From: Takakia lepidozioides
Lineage: Eukaryota; Plantae; Bryophyta
Direction of reading: 5' to 3'
DNA length: 64,000 nucleotides
Assembly: GCA_030704615.1 (NCBI GenBank)
Contig: CM060732.1
Location: 3,286,001 to 3,350,000 of the forward strand
Positions 1-12,870 of this stretch are shown one piece after another. The position numbers and the translations under genes are program-made. Under the pieces are notes generated by a model, which was given only the letters and a program-made list of their open reading frames with translations, was not told the DNA's origin and did not search any database. The stretch's first letter is position 1, and each line of letters opens with the position of its first letter.

Positions 1-3000
1 TGAGAGTCCGCTGGGGATTGGTGGGCCCTGTAGGCCCAGGTAGCTTCGAGCATTGGTGAGATGGTGCATGACCGTTGGGGGTGGCTTCCTTATGCTGTGT
101 AGAGCGAGTTTGGTACGCTTGGTCATTCGCAAAGAACTCCTTGTCAGATAGATGCATGTCACTGATGTCGGCGTCTTCCTCAGCGAGAGCCATCGAGATC
201 GCACCAACCTGGTGGTGATCCATTTTGACAGAAAGTTTTTGAACTAAGAGGGAGATGGTGGCAGGCCTCTTGCTAAGCGACGACTTGTCTATGGATCGAC
301 TCTGTTTGCGGATGCAACCTGCTCTTTTTTGTATGCTACCAGACTTAGAACTTGACAAAGACATGCGTGACCACGCCCACAGAGGGGGGGGGGGGGGGGG
401 AGGGGAAAGAATAGCTATATAGCGGGTGATGGCAGCGACGCAAGCAGAAGAGAGGTGTTTGGGACTGTCCGTGTTGCATTTTATAGGACGAGTGTTGATG
501 TGGGTGTCATGTAGACATGTGATTAGCATTAGTGGATAGGTAGTGGTGTTGGGAGGGTGGCTTTTGCTGTAGGGCCAGCTTGAGCGGTGGAGGAGAGTAA
601 GTATGGCCGCTGGCAGTTTACTGCCTGGCGGCGGTTGTAATGGATTGGCCTGGTGGAAGCGATTATGAGGCTTGCGCCATGTGCAGGGTGGGAGATGGGC
701 ACCATTAGCAGAGCTTGGCAGGGGGAACGATAATTGTACGAGGAGGTGGATTGGCTGGTTAATGGATAGCGCTAATAAATCTGGTTTGAGGAAGTGATGA
801 CACCTGATGGAGTGGTGGGGGCTGCGCATGCTGGTTTTGGGTTTAGATGTAATGTGCCGGAGAGCTGCATTTAGAAGGGTGCTGAATAATGGCTCTAGTT
901 TGATGAGTGTGATGTTTAAGCCTGTGGGGTTAGCATGTGTGAGAGAGTGGTGATGAATGGGGAGTTGGCTACTGTTTGGGATTGTGATTAATGCCCAGTC
1001 AGATAATTGAATGGGACTGTCGAGTAAAAGTGGAGAGGAGGATTGTGAAGTAGTTGATTTTAACATGTGGAGGAGGAAGAGAGCAGTGTTGCATGATGTG
1101 AGGGTAGTTTGGTAGAGTTCGACGGACTGAGGCAGTTGTGATGGTGTGTCATGCCAAGAAAGAAATGGCTGGAGCAGCCACGTTGTGAGGGGAGGAGAAT
1201 GGCATAAGGCAGCGGGCTGCAATAGCCCGAATTCGAGAGAGAACTGTGTGGCGGTGGTGTGGTTATCTGCCAACAGACTGTAGAATTGGGGAGGTAGTGG
1301 GAGATTCCATGGGAAGTATAGACCATATGATGACAGCTAGAAGTGTAGAAGGAGGTCGTAATGTGAGGATGCTAGGTTAGGATGTGGGAAATCCACACAA
1401 ATGAGGGCACTAAATTTGTATGAGAGGGTAATGCCAGCCCTTGGGGCAGTGATGTACTCCTGTCAAAATAAATGAAAAGCATGTCAGTGAAGAGGCATTT
1501 TATTGGTGTTCTAGTGTGGGTTATTGGGTGAGAAGAGCACCTAGGGGGCTCTATTTTGGTGGGATGTGGGGGAGTATAGTGTGGGGGATGTATTTGAGGA
1601 GGGCTTGACACTTCTAGATGAGTATGTATGCTGGCGCGCAGGGAATGCAACTAAGAGCATCGGGGAGGGGGATTAATTGGGAGGGAAGGGGATGTGTTAT
1701 AGTGGGAGAAATCAGTAGTGAGCATATCACATGCTGGTGTGAGGTTGGTGAGGTTAGAACAATGTGGCTGGTATGTGGTATGTTGTAAGGTAAGTTTGTT
1801 TGTGGGGGAGGGGGCTAGCATGGGTAGCTGGGCGGAATTATGCTATGTTATTGTGGAGATATGTGAACAAATGCATGGAGGTGAGAGATATGAGTTTTGG
1901 TGGGGGATGGAAGCAGCGCCCCGAGGCGTCCCACCGTCTGGAGTATCATTGATAAGAAGAGATTTGCGTATATCATGTTTGGACCTCGATGAGGTGATGG
2001 GGAGTGTGCGTGTGAGTGGCGGTGGACATAGAGTGCCTTGGAGCCGAGAAGAATAGGAAGCCATAAGCGGAACATGGCTTGAGGTGTTTAGTGCATAGTG
2101 GCTGAAGAGCCTTGATTGCCAGTCATTGAAATGATGTGGTATGGGGTTCCAATGGAGGGTAGCCAGAGAAGTGCCATCACATAGAAGTGTGGCGTAGTGT
2201 ATCATGGTAGTGAAATAAGGAATGAGCATTAGTAATTGAGACGTGGACTGTTTAGTGTTGATGGCCAGAAAAAGAGCAGGCCAGCAACCCATGGGATTAT
2301 CCAGATAGTGTGGAGAGGGACATAAATGTGACATAGCAGAGAGTATGAATTAGAAGTCCGACAAGTTAGGGGGGTTTTGTAGTTTAGATCATGCCTATAT
2401 ACTGAGTGTAGCAAGCTATAGTAGCATCTGAAGCTTGCAATAACATGGAAATGAGAGAACAGTGGTGTATAGTGCTGCAGTTCCCTACTGTGGGTGGCAT
2501 GGCAGTCAGTTGGCCAGTAGCACGGGGACACCTTGACAGTGTGGACAGTAGAGTGCACCCGGTTATAAGTCCGGGAATTCAGTGGGGTTCATGATGTCTT
2601 TGAGGAGAGCAGTTGAGGGCTCGCTGTTGGTAACTGTGACGAACATTTGGAGAAGAGGCAACTCTCCCAAGGCTACCCCAAGAGCTAGTGCAGTGGAGTT
2701 CTTGCATGGGGGCCGAGCGGCCAGAGTTGATGCCAGAACTGGTCATGGTCGTGTCTGGAACAGTGCAAACTAAGTTAGGAGAAACTTTGCTAGCGTCATG
2801 GAACTGCCAGTAAATAAAAAAAGGTAAAGCGAGGAACCAATAGCTGGTGACAGTGCATGGGAGGAAGAGGGTGGGAGAGAGGGGGAGGCATACTGCAGGT
2901 GGTACAAAGAGTGGGATTGTAGGGAATGACTTGACAAGGAGAAGGTATCCTGTTGGGAAAGAAGGTATGGTGATGGAGGGGGAAGCACCCAGTAATGATC

Positions 3001-3468
3001 ATGGAGTGTAGATGGTGGGGAAGGTTGGGAGGCTTGCACAGATGGGTGTGGAGAGAGAGAGACCAAATACGCCACTATATAACAAATAGTAAGGATAGCT
3101 CCCTAAAATCGATGCGAAAACTTTGTATGAGAGAGAGAGAATGAGATAACCAAGGCTCGGGGAGAGGGAAAGTGTACTTCCTGTAAATGACAAGGCGTTG
3201 AGGGGGGCGCTGAGGATGGAGGTGTAGCAGCCTCAGTTGACTATGTCGGGGGCATCAGGGAGATAATGTTGGCGGTGGCAGCGCAGGTCCAGAGGTCACA
3301 ATTGCAGTTGTGGTGCCGACCATAAAGGGTTGGCTAGTCCAACATCCACTATCGAGTGAAGCCCGTTATCCCATGAGGATTTGTCGGCCATTGGGGTGTT
3401 GTAAGAGCTCCCATCATAGCATTTGCAGTGGGGCAGATCGTCCCATCCTCGGAAAAATACATATTGCC

Positions 3469-4338
3469 CCCCTAGCTGGCGCTTAGGTCCTTTTAAGTCT
3501 AGGTAGCCATAAGATGTGATAGTGGCCATAGCCTCACTAAGTCCTCCACCACTGTCCATACTATACTCAAACTCGATAAATCAAGAAGCCGGGTGCAAGA
3601 GTTGCCCCATCGTTAGTTGTCGTCTTGCAACCTGTGAACTTAAGCCTGAGATCTCGGGTATTGACTCATATGAGCTTGACCTCCCATGTCTTGTTAGCTA
3701 CCACTATTCATATCCACTGCCACTATTCCAAGCAGTGCGGACATAACCAATCTCCATGAGGAACCCTCTCAAGAGGTGGTGTCAAGCATCCGCAATTGTG
3801 ATGGATTAGTGGTGGACGAGTGGTTGCACTAGTGGCAGGACCATGTGCGCAACTGTATGGAAGGACCATGTGCGCAACTGTGCACCATGTCACCTTCCAC
3901 ATGTGGATGGGAGGATAGATCCCAACCTTGCAGTGGTACCTGTAGGGTTGCGTTGCATGCTAGTGGTGCCGCCACTATGCTGATGTGTGATCGATGCTCA
4001 AGAGGTTGGCACATGGGATGCTTGACACCACCTCTTGAGAGGGTTCCTCATGGAGATTGGTTATGTCCACACGGCTTGGAATAGTGGCAGTGGATATGAC
4101 TAGTGACAGCTAACAAGACATGGGAGGTCAAGCTCATATGAGTCAATACCCGAGATCTCAGGCTCAAGTTCACAGGTTGCAAGACGGCGACTAACGATGG
4201 GGCAACTCTTGCACCCGGCTTCTTGATCTATCAAGTTTGAGTGTAGTAGGGACAGTGGTGGAGGACTTAGTGAGGCTATGACCACTATCACATCTTGTGG
4301 CTACCTGGACTTAGAGGGACCTAAGCGCCAGCTAGGGG
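3469..4338. repeat. ~265-bp inverted repeat (arms 3469-3733 and 4074-4338) enclosing a ~340-bp spacer
   Basis: The left arm CCCCTAGCTGGCGCTTAGGTCC...CCACTATTCCAAGC is the near reverse complement of GCTTGGAATAGTGG...GGACCTAAGCGCCAGCTAGGGG. ORF-track peptides 3516..3746(+) and 4100..4291(-) are near-identical. Confidence 0.9.
3858..4072 (+). pseudogene. Fragment of a Gypsy integrase C-terminus with a PHD finger
   Basis: Reads WKDHVRNCAPCHLPHVDGRIDPNLAVVPVGLRC, then after a frameshift SGAATMLMCDRCSRGWHMGCLTPPLERVPHGDWLCP (PHD Cys/His pattern). The integrase assignment is from recalled family resemblance. Confidence 0.7.
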
Positions 4339-4342
4339 AGCG

Positions 4343-5142
4343 ATTGTGATGGACTAGTGGCAGCTTAGTGGTGGACTAGTGGCTGCACTATGGTGGCTAG
4401 TGACAACCTAGTGGTTGGACTAGTGGCTACACTAGTGGTGGCTAGTGGCAGCCTAATGGTGGACTAGTGGCTGCACTAGTGGTGGCTAGTGGCAGCCTAG
4501 TGGTTGGACTAGTGGTGGCTAGTGGTTGCCTAGTGGTGCACTAGTGGTGGACTAGTGATAAACTAGTGTTTGGTGTGCACATGTGTGGTGTGGTTTTGGA
4601 CATCAATGTAGTTGTGTAGCGATATGTATGCGCACGACAGTTGTCAAGTTATTATACCACTAGTGTAAAACTAGCTAGGAAATAATTAGTTTTGATATAT
4701 TTACATTTGGGATTGACCCAAGTGTCAATCCAGGGGCCAATATATGTTTGGGCACCTGGCGTGGTTATCTTCACGGCAGATCGCGGTGGGCTCATCTTTA
4801 TCGAGTTGAGCCTCACCGCATCTAGCTATGGCGCCGTAGTGTGGATTCCCCATGGCGTGGGGTGCACTTGGCTCGACTTAATATATGAGTGATGTTTTCA
4901 TGTGCATGTGTGTGAGTTTGAGAGAGCTTGTGTGCTTGTATCTTTCATCTTTATCATTGTGATGGACTAGTGGCAGCCTAGTGGTTGGACTAGTGGCTGC
5001 ACTAGTGATGGCGAGTGGTTGCCTAGTGGCAGACTAGTGGTGCACTAGTGGTGGACTGGTGATAGACTAGTGTTTGGTGTGCACATGTGTGGTGTGGTTT
5101 TGGACAACGATGTAGTTGTGTAGCGATATGTATGTGCACGAC
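4343..5142. repeat. Two blocks of degenerate CTAGTGG-containing 11-12-mer repeats (about 4343-4570 and 4957-5070), each followed by the same ~75-bp sequence
   Basis: Repeated ACTAGTGG/CCTAGTGG units; ACTAGTGTTTGGTGTGCACATGTGTGGTGTGG...GCACGACA occurs at about 4562 and 5066. Confidence 0.8.
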
Positions 5143-6309
5143 ACTTTGATTGGATACACAACCCACATATCAGCCAGAAAGCATTCAATGCAAGTACTGA
5201 AACAAAGTATACCTGGGTATTCTCTCCAACAAGAGGACATAGCCATCTGCAATGGTCACTTGAAGCGCTTCATATGGATACCTGCCAGACATTGGTAACA
5301 ACCACGTCAAGGCCCAAGAAGGTTTGACTAGTACACGACCTCTTCCTGAAGGTGTTTTCTTAGATAATTTGTTGCCATATTGAAAAATCTTTCTCTTAAG
5401 ATTTTCTAAGCGAAATTGATTCCGTGATGCAATATATACTCAAAGTCCCTATTTACGTATATCCATATTTTGCATTTCTCTGTATGACCAGTTGATCAGA
5501 TTGACGTTTGTATAATTCAAATTGGATAGATATTTTTTCAGGTCATGTTCTAAAAATGCAAAAACCTCACGATGTTTTTCAATCACATAATTTGACAATG
5601 AAATGATGGTGGAAATGTTCGTTAATTTCACTGTTATTATTATTTTCGTTGACGTACGATTGTATAGGTGGTGCGAAAGCCTTCAATTGCTACGTGTTGT
5701 GGAACCCATAGCCAAAAGATTTTCAACGTGATCAACTACATACTATGATAAAGAGTGTTCTCAAATCTCAATGCATATACATTATTGTGTTTCGATATAT
5801 GTAACTTGTCATAACAAAAAAAAAAATTGCAACAAATGATATTCCACGGAGCTAACCGTAATGTACGATATTAATCATTTTATTGTACTGCATACGGTGA
5901 TTTAAGCTAGAATAAATATTTGTGTTTGAGAACATGAGCATAGATGATCTCAAAAAACAAGAAATGCTATGAAATACGAAATATGAGGTGTATTTCTTCA
6001 AGAGTATTGCTATCTACATCTATTTTGAATCAGTGAGAATCAATTTACCCGCTTTCATCACAATTAATTAATGAATTAATCTACATATATACACACACAC
6101 ACACATATATAGGAGATAGAAGCCCTCTGAATTTTATTAATATATTTTCACTTCTAGATTTTTAACTTTCAATGTACCCCAAACCATATATGTAAAAGAA
6201 ACATTAGAATACAAATGAGTCACGGTTTAGGTAATGTAAGAGTTTAATTGATCAATTTGAAGCTGTTTGGTTAAACTCCACAAAGCAATACTTATAAGTG
6301 GTGAAATAT

Positions 6310-6965
6310 ATTTTTTGGTAATGTTGATTGTTTATATAGATACATAAATATATTAATTATATATGTATAGACCGTCTACAAACTGACAGCCTATGCTAAT
6401 AAGAGGTTATATATAAGGTCTTCCTGGTTTTGTGATATACACATAAATGATCTATATAATATAGGAGGTACATGTAAAAAGAAATATTGAATTGTTAAGT
6501 CTTATATATATTTATAAATGGTATTATATAATATTTTAAATTTGATCTACCACATCCTTGTGATTTTCAATTGAAATATTGTATTGCATATCTAATAATA
6601 CAAACATTCTATGTTTTACGATTACAATATTTCAAACGGCATGTTGTTGTTTGAAATAATTTTTTTTTGGTGATGTTCATTGTTTTATAAATCTACAAAT
6701 ATATTAATTATATATGCGTACATCGTCTACAAATCCGACAACCTATGCTAATATCATGTTATCTATATAATCTTCTTGGTTTTGTGAGATACACCCAAAT
6801 GATCTATATAATAATAGGAGGCACAAAAATAAATATTTGAATTATAAAATATTGTCTGCATTTAAAAAAGATGCTATACAATATTTTTAATTTGATCTGT
6901 GACCTTGTAATTTTCAATTAAAATACTCTATTGCATCCGATAATATAAAAATTCTAAGTATTACA
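6310..6965. repeat. Diverged ~350-bp tandem duplication in AT-rich intergenic DNA
   Basis: TTTTTTGGT(A/G)ATGTT(G/C)ATTG...ATATATTAATTATATATG...CGTCTACAAA...CCTATGCTAAT occurs at about 6310 and 6662. Confidence 0.75.
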
Positions 6966-7454
6966 AATAAACTAGAAAAACCATAGACTATATGTCTATA
7001 CATGTTATTAAATCTAATTATTCTCTAAATATCCTTAAACATCTAACACTCTTAAAGACAATGTCTCAGTGTATTTGAATTATTCAAATGAGTTACCTAT
7101 ATGTATGTATGTGTATATATGTACATATATTTGCGTAAAAAGTACTTGAAAGAAAACTAGGTTGTGCCAATATGAACTAAGCAGTGGCGCCAACAAGGTA
7201 GGCGCCACTAGGGTTGGTGGTGTGTGTACAAGTAGGTAGGTTGATTTATTGAGGGACGTGGTCATATGACATTCCTATGTATACCAAATGCCTAATCAAT
7301 CAAAGGTGAAAGCATCTAAGCATAATTTTAAGGGATCTAAAAATCTATTAGAGAATATTTAGTGAACAAGTGGGATGAAGACTTGGGCATTTGGTACGCC
7401 TATGCATACTATTTGCCCATTAAATCAACCCTCCATAAATGCTTCTCATTGAAC

Positions 7455-7960
7455 AATAATAGGGTCATGAATGCCCACGCGTGTGGCTGCGGCGGGGCCC
7501 GCGTATGGTAGAGGGGTTGGGAAGGGTGGGAGCGACCCTACCCGGACCCGGCCAGTCTGCCGGGTCTGCCCCACAAGCTGGTCTGCTGGGGCCCACAATA
7601 TGCACATAAAGCATTAGTTATTGAAGGGATTTGTAGAAAGTGGCGTGTAGTGTGGTGGTTAAGAGCAATGAATAATAAATAGGAGGTTTGGTGTTCAAGT
7701 CCTGTTAGGTTGTATTGTGGCAGTAATGTATATTATTAAATATATATTTCATCGAAGGGTTTGCTGGTCTGCTAGAGGTCTTTTGGAGTCGGTCTGTTGG
7801 AGGGTTTGCCCAGTCTCCTAGAAGGTCCGCCGTGGTAGATGAACAAGGACTTAGAAAAATTTCAAAATCTGGCCGACCCGGTGAATGGGCGGTGGGCTTA
7901 TGAGCTCACCCCAAGGGCCGTACTGGCGGGGCCCATAGGTGCATTCATGACCCTATTATT
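7455..7960. mobile_element. MITE / non-autonomous TIR element
   Basis: Perfect 20-bp inverted repeat AATAATAGGGTCATGAATGC (7455-7474) / GCATTCATGACCCTATTATT (7941-7960), no coding capacity. TSD not resolved. Confidence 0.7.
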
Positions 7961-8149
7961 AAAAAATGAAAGGCTCCATAAATCATCTACTAGTGGGTAG
8001 ATGATGTGTCGAGCGGTGTAAATGATAGTTGATTACATAGGCATTTAATATTTCATAAACTAGCAAGATAGTTGTTGTCTCATCTCAATGCTAGGTAGCC
8101 TCCACTTTTGGGACTCCAAACAAAAGGGAATGCTACCAGAAAACGTCAA

Positions 8150-9358
8150 CCCTTAAGTGGTATATCGACCCAATTTGGGTCGGTTGGGTTTGCTTAACCA
8201 ACCATAACTTCCTGTGGTTAAGGCTGAGTGGCCCTTTTTTGGGCTCATTGGATAGATAATGGGGTCCCCCTTCATATGGCATTGGCCAATTGGTCAATGC
8301 CTGAAAGGGCGGGGGTGTGGACCAATTGGAAGGGGGCACACTCAGCTTTTTGAGGCCATTTTGGCCCCCCTAACCTGCCCAAGTTGCTGACATGGCAACT
8401 GCGGTCAGGCTAGGGTGAGTGAAAGATACCCCGTAAAGGTTAGGGCGGCACGCTCCCCCAAACCCCTTATTGCCCAGGCAGGGGCATGGCGGCCGGCGCA
8501 GGTCTGGGTATTCCCAGGCCGCGCCCTAACCTGAAATTGACGACGATGGCAGCTCCGGCCAACAATAGCAGGACGGGCAGAGGGAATGCAGCTGCGATGG
8601 CGGCAGAGCTCGCGGCTCAAGAAAAACTGCCATGAGGGTGGGCCAAACCTAGGGCCGGGGTTTGATAGGGTTGAGGGTGGAGTGGGCCCCCATGAAAGCA
8701 GGGTCGGGTAGCCAGAGAAGCTCCCAAACCCCGTGCCCTTCTTGGGCTCTGGCTTCAAATATCCTAAGCCTATAGGCTATAACATAGGTGTGCCATTTGA
8801 AGTCTTGGGCAGGGAACCTAAAGATGCGATGGCATTGGCTGATTGTTCCCAATGTTTTTTGGGGACATCATATGGATGCCCATGACATTTCAACAGGAGG
8901 GATTAGGCTGAATGCTTTTCTATAATTTTAGGAAAAGAGATTTTGGCCTGCCCAAAGAAAATGGCATATTTTGACCCCCCAATTTGTCACTACAAAGGAG
9001 TCCACTTGAGAACATTTCAGAAAAAACTGAAAATTTCTGAGAATGTGTGTTATCAGGTATGGAACAACATTCTTGAGACTCTCAGAAAACAAAATTAAAA
9101 CTCCCCAAAGATGAGCAAAAAACTGCTTTTTTTGGCACCTATTTCTTAGTGAAGAATTTTTCTGGTCCCCACTCTACACTTTATAATCTCCGGATCTGGC
9201 GGTTGAATTTTGATGAAACTTTTTGTGGTAGGTAGGAAGTACCTAATTCCTCCGGTCAGTTTTACAGGGACACAGAGATTCTCCAGATAAAAAAGTTTTT
9301 GTGGGCCAGGATCATGTTTTTCCAAGAGATGGTGAAAATGAGTTTTGGCACTTAAGGG
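8150..9358. mobile_element. Putative non-autonomous piggyBac-like element
   Basis: Termini CCCTTAAGTG...CACTTAAGGG, flanked by TCAA (8146-8149) and TTAA (9359-9362). No transposase. Confidence 0.5.
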
Positions 9359-10174
9359 TTAACTAGCGTAGTAGTAGGCCTGTTTCTGTACAATAGTTTG
9401 GCTAATGTGGTGCCAGCCTAACAGAAATGTAAGTGGGATATATGTATATCTGTACATTTAGTTACAGATTTTCATTTAGGGCTCAAGTTTGCCACCTGGC
9501 TGCCACCCATGTGTCTCTCCCCAGCCTCTGCCACAGAGCCGGTGCCTCTGGGCACGCGAATCTATCTTCCTCTTCGGTGCCCTCTTCACCAGATAGAAGG
9601 ACGATAGAAGGATCATGGTTCAGAGATTGTGTTAATATCGTTTTGTTTGATTAATCTCCTGGGTGCTCAATTTTTGTTAGGTTTTGGTGGGTCTCCGGCG
9701 TCTCCCTTCCAACTGCTGCCCTTCTGCGCATCATCTCGAATCAAAGCTGTAGCTGCAGTTTTTGGAATTCGATCGACATCAGCTCTTACCTTTCCCTCTT
9801 CCTCTTTCTTCCTCTTTGTGTTTGTCTTCCGCTTGGAGGTCTGTTGGATTTTCGTTAATAGTCTGCCTATTTTCGCTCAAGCAGAAGATTGAGGCAGGGG
9901 GTCGATAGGAAGAGTCGTTACATGACCGCCTGGCTTTCGGGAGGAGGAAAAAAACTATGCGTACGCAATTCAGATGGTATCATCCCCGGTGATAAGCTGT
10001 CTATTCCGGATTGCATTGCCGAAAGTTAGAAGACATTGTCCTGAAGAGTCTGGTCCTGCGGGACTCAATGTGATTCGGTGCGGGGAAGCTCACTTAGGGC
10101 AGCGTGCTTGAAGAACACTGTCCGTAGAAGGCTGCCCTGATTTGGATTGATTATAGCCGTAATTTACGACCAAA

Positions 10175-10278
10175 ATGTCCGCAGCAGGTCTCGTGGACAA
10201 AGCCACGAGCGATATGTTGATAGGTCCAGACTGGGCCATGAACCTGGATCTCTGCGATATCATCAACAGTGACCCAGG
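10175..10278 (+). CDS. TOL: TOL coding exon 1 (start of VHS)
   Basis: [34 protein letters not shown]; donor GG|GTATG. Confidence 0.93.
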
Positions 10279-12836
10279 GTATGTGCTCTTCTAATCTGCC
10301 CTTCTCCTTGTCGTTTCTTTGTTGGGGCGTTTTTCATACCTTCTGTTCTTTCCACTGGGATTTACAAAATTTTCTTAGTCATCCTTCATTGTCTTCTTTC
10401 GGGCTTGTGGAATGGGCGAGTTCCTTGCTATAGGGCCCCAATTCTCTGCAGATTTTAGATATTCCTTCCAGTTCTCACTGACAAACTTGTTGGTTTGGTC
10501 TTTGTTACCTGTCATTTTGTTCTTTATTTACGTCTTCTTATTATTTTCCCTGTTTCTGCAAGATTGACTTGGGGAGTGTGCCTTCCTTGTGCGGGTCTCT
10601 TGTCTGCTGTGGCTCACTGTTTTTTAATATTTTGATATTGGTGTTGTGTTGTGCCAAGTACTGCTAGCTAGCCATGTATGTCAAACTTTGTCTCTGCTGT
10701 CTGTCTCTTTATCACAGTTGTCCACCTTCATTTGATCTTGTGTACATCAGATGGTGCCAATTTGGCTTAAGACCATTGGTTGAATACCTACAGTCAGGCA
10801 ATTAATTTCAATTGGGTTCTAGCCAATCAGGTGTTGGGAATTGACATGGGTGGTTTGTGATTGGAGTGAACAACGTTTTAGGTCGAGTAAGTAAGAGTGT
10901 GCTTCATTAATTGGTGCTGGATTGGGGTGAAACGATATGTAGGGTGGTGCCTGGTCTGCTTGATGCAACATTCAATTTACCTCTTGCTAAGCGTGTAGCT
11001 ATGAAACAAGGAATCAACCATTGGTTTTTTTGGAGGAAACCAGGGTTTGGTGGCCAAGTATAAAATCATGGGCTCTCAGTTCATGCAGTCTGACACCGAT
11101 GCATGCACCAATTACCTTTCAACTCAGGTTGAGAAAAGCACCAAGAGAGAAAGAAAACAAGAAAGGAAGAAAAGGGGGAATACATCCATAACGCCTGCAT
11201 GATACTCAGAGGACCTATAGTGGAGTTTGAGAGAGAGTGTTACATAGCATGTCAAAGCTAGACAAGGAAACACTAAGCACATTGTGCTGTGTTTGCCTTC
11301 ATTTAACGACATCAGACAGCCTAATTTAGGCACCATCAAACTGTCTCCACCCAGATCTGCCTCCATACCTCCCTTTACATTATACCCTTGCTGGAAAACC
11401 AGGTTTAAGGACTACTAAGTGGCAATCACATGCACACTAGGTAGGGCCTTCTCATAAACAGATCTACCTCCTCACTTTCATATCATAGGAAGCAACAGTA
11501 GAAGTAGGAAGAGCACAAGTGTCTCCTTACAAGTAACTCCTTTCTATGTAGGTACCAGCTCATAGATCCATCAAACCAATAGAGCAAAAACAGCAGTAGT
11601 ATGTGTACAATCAACACATACAAACAGATTTGAGGTTTGAGAGAGCTCAAAGCCTCACTCCCTTAGTCTCTTACCCTTAGTAGCATTTCCTGCAACAAAA
11701 GAAGGTGAAGTGGTATCACCTGGATCCATCACAGCCAACCAACCAACCAACAGGTTAGTGATCCCTGTGGAACCCCAGGCTTAAACCCCTTCACATTTGT
11801 TATCAATGTCATCCCTGCAACAGGTCATACTAGCAAAGAGAGGAGAGGTAAGAGAGGTCCTTTCAGCCATTCAACATAGGTACAGAACTCAGTAGCACCT
11901 ATTTCAGCCCATGCTCCAGAGGGAGAGGGGGTGGTCTCATGTCTGTAAGCACCCATTCCCAAAAGGAAGGTGTCACTAGAGCCAAGTACTCAGCAAGGTG
12001 GCCTTTGGTTTGCAAAAGTATTCAAAGAATCATAGTAGAGCTAATCATGTCCATGTAAGTAAACATGACAACAAGCACCTATTCCCAAAAGGAAGACCAA
12101 GTACTCAAGCAAGGGCATATATAGAAGCCCTTGGTTTTGCAAAAGTATTCCTAGATTCAGAGTAGAGCTTAGTCAAGTCCATGTAAGTTCCTCATAGTGT
12201 CAACTCTCTTTATGTTGCCATCCTAAGCAGCCCATCACAGTGTTGGAGGAGTCTGAATGGATACCTTGCTTGTAGACATAGTGTAGTCAGCTCCTTCAGC
12301 TCTTGCCTGCTCCTCTTCCAAATGAGAAGAGTGGCCAAGCATACTAACCATATAGGGCAGCAGCTTTAGGTTGAGACCTCTAGGGTGAACCCTAATGAGT
12401 CACCCTCATGAGTCGTCCTAGTGAGTCATCCTAGTGAGTCATCCTGTTCTACAATCCCCCGTTCCGTTCTAGACAAAAAAACTGAACGGAATAACGGGAT
12501 CAGGCAATTCTTGAATGCTGTCTAAAAAGATCTTAGCAACATTAAGGAGAGAAAGAGACAGAAAAAATTCCTCAAGCCTCTGATTTTCAGGTTTCCTAAT
12601 GCTGATACAAGGCATTGACTACAGTAGAGCAGCCAAGAGAGCAATGTACATTGACCGGATCATGTAGAAGGTGTACACATATACTCTATTATGCTGTTGC
12701 TACAGGGCCTAGCACAAGATATCATGTATTAGTTTGCCATCCCATGTCCCTATATGTTCAAGGCTGGAGGAAGAGTCAAAGGGATCAGGCAGTTCTTGAG
12801 TGTTGTTACAAAGAACATATCCACATTCAAGTAAAA

Positions 12837-12870
<34 letters not shown>

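Noticed and set aside
4343-5070. Helitron 3' ends suggested by repeated CTAG
   Set aside because: No subterminal GC hairpin and no Rep/helicase; it behaves as a minisatellite.
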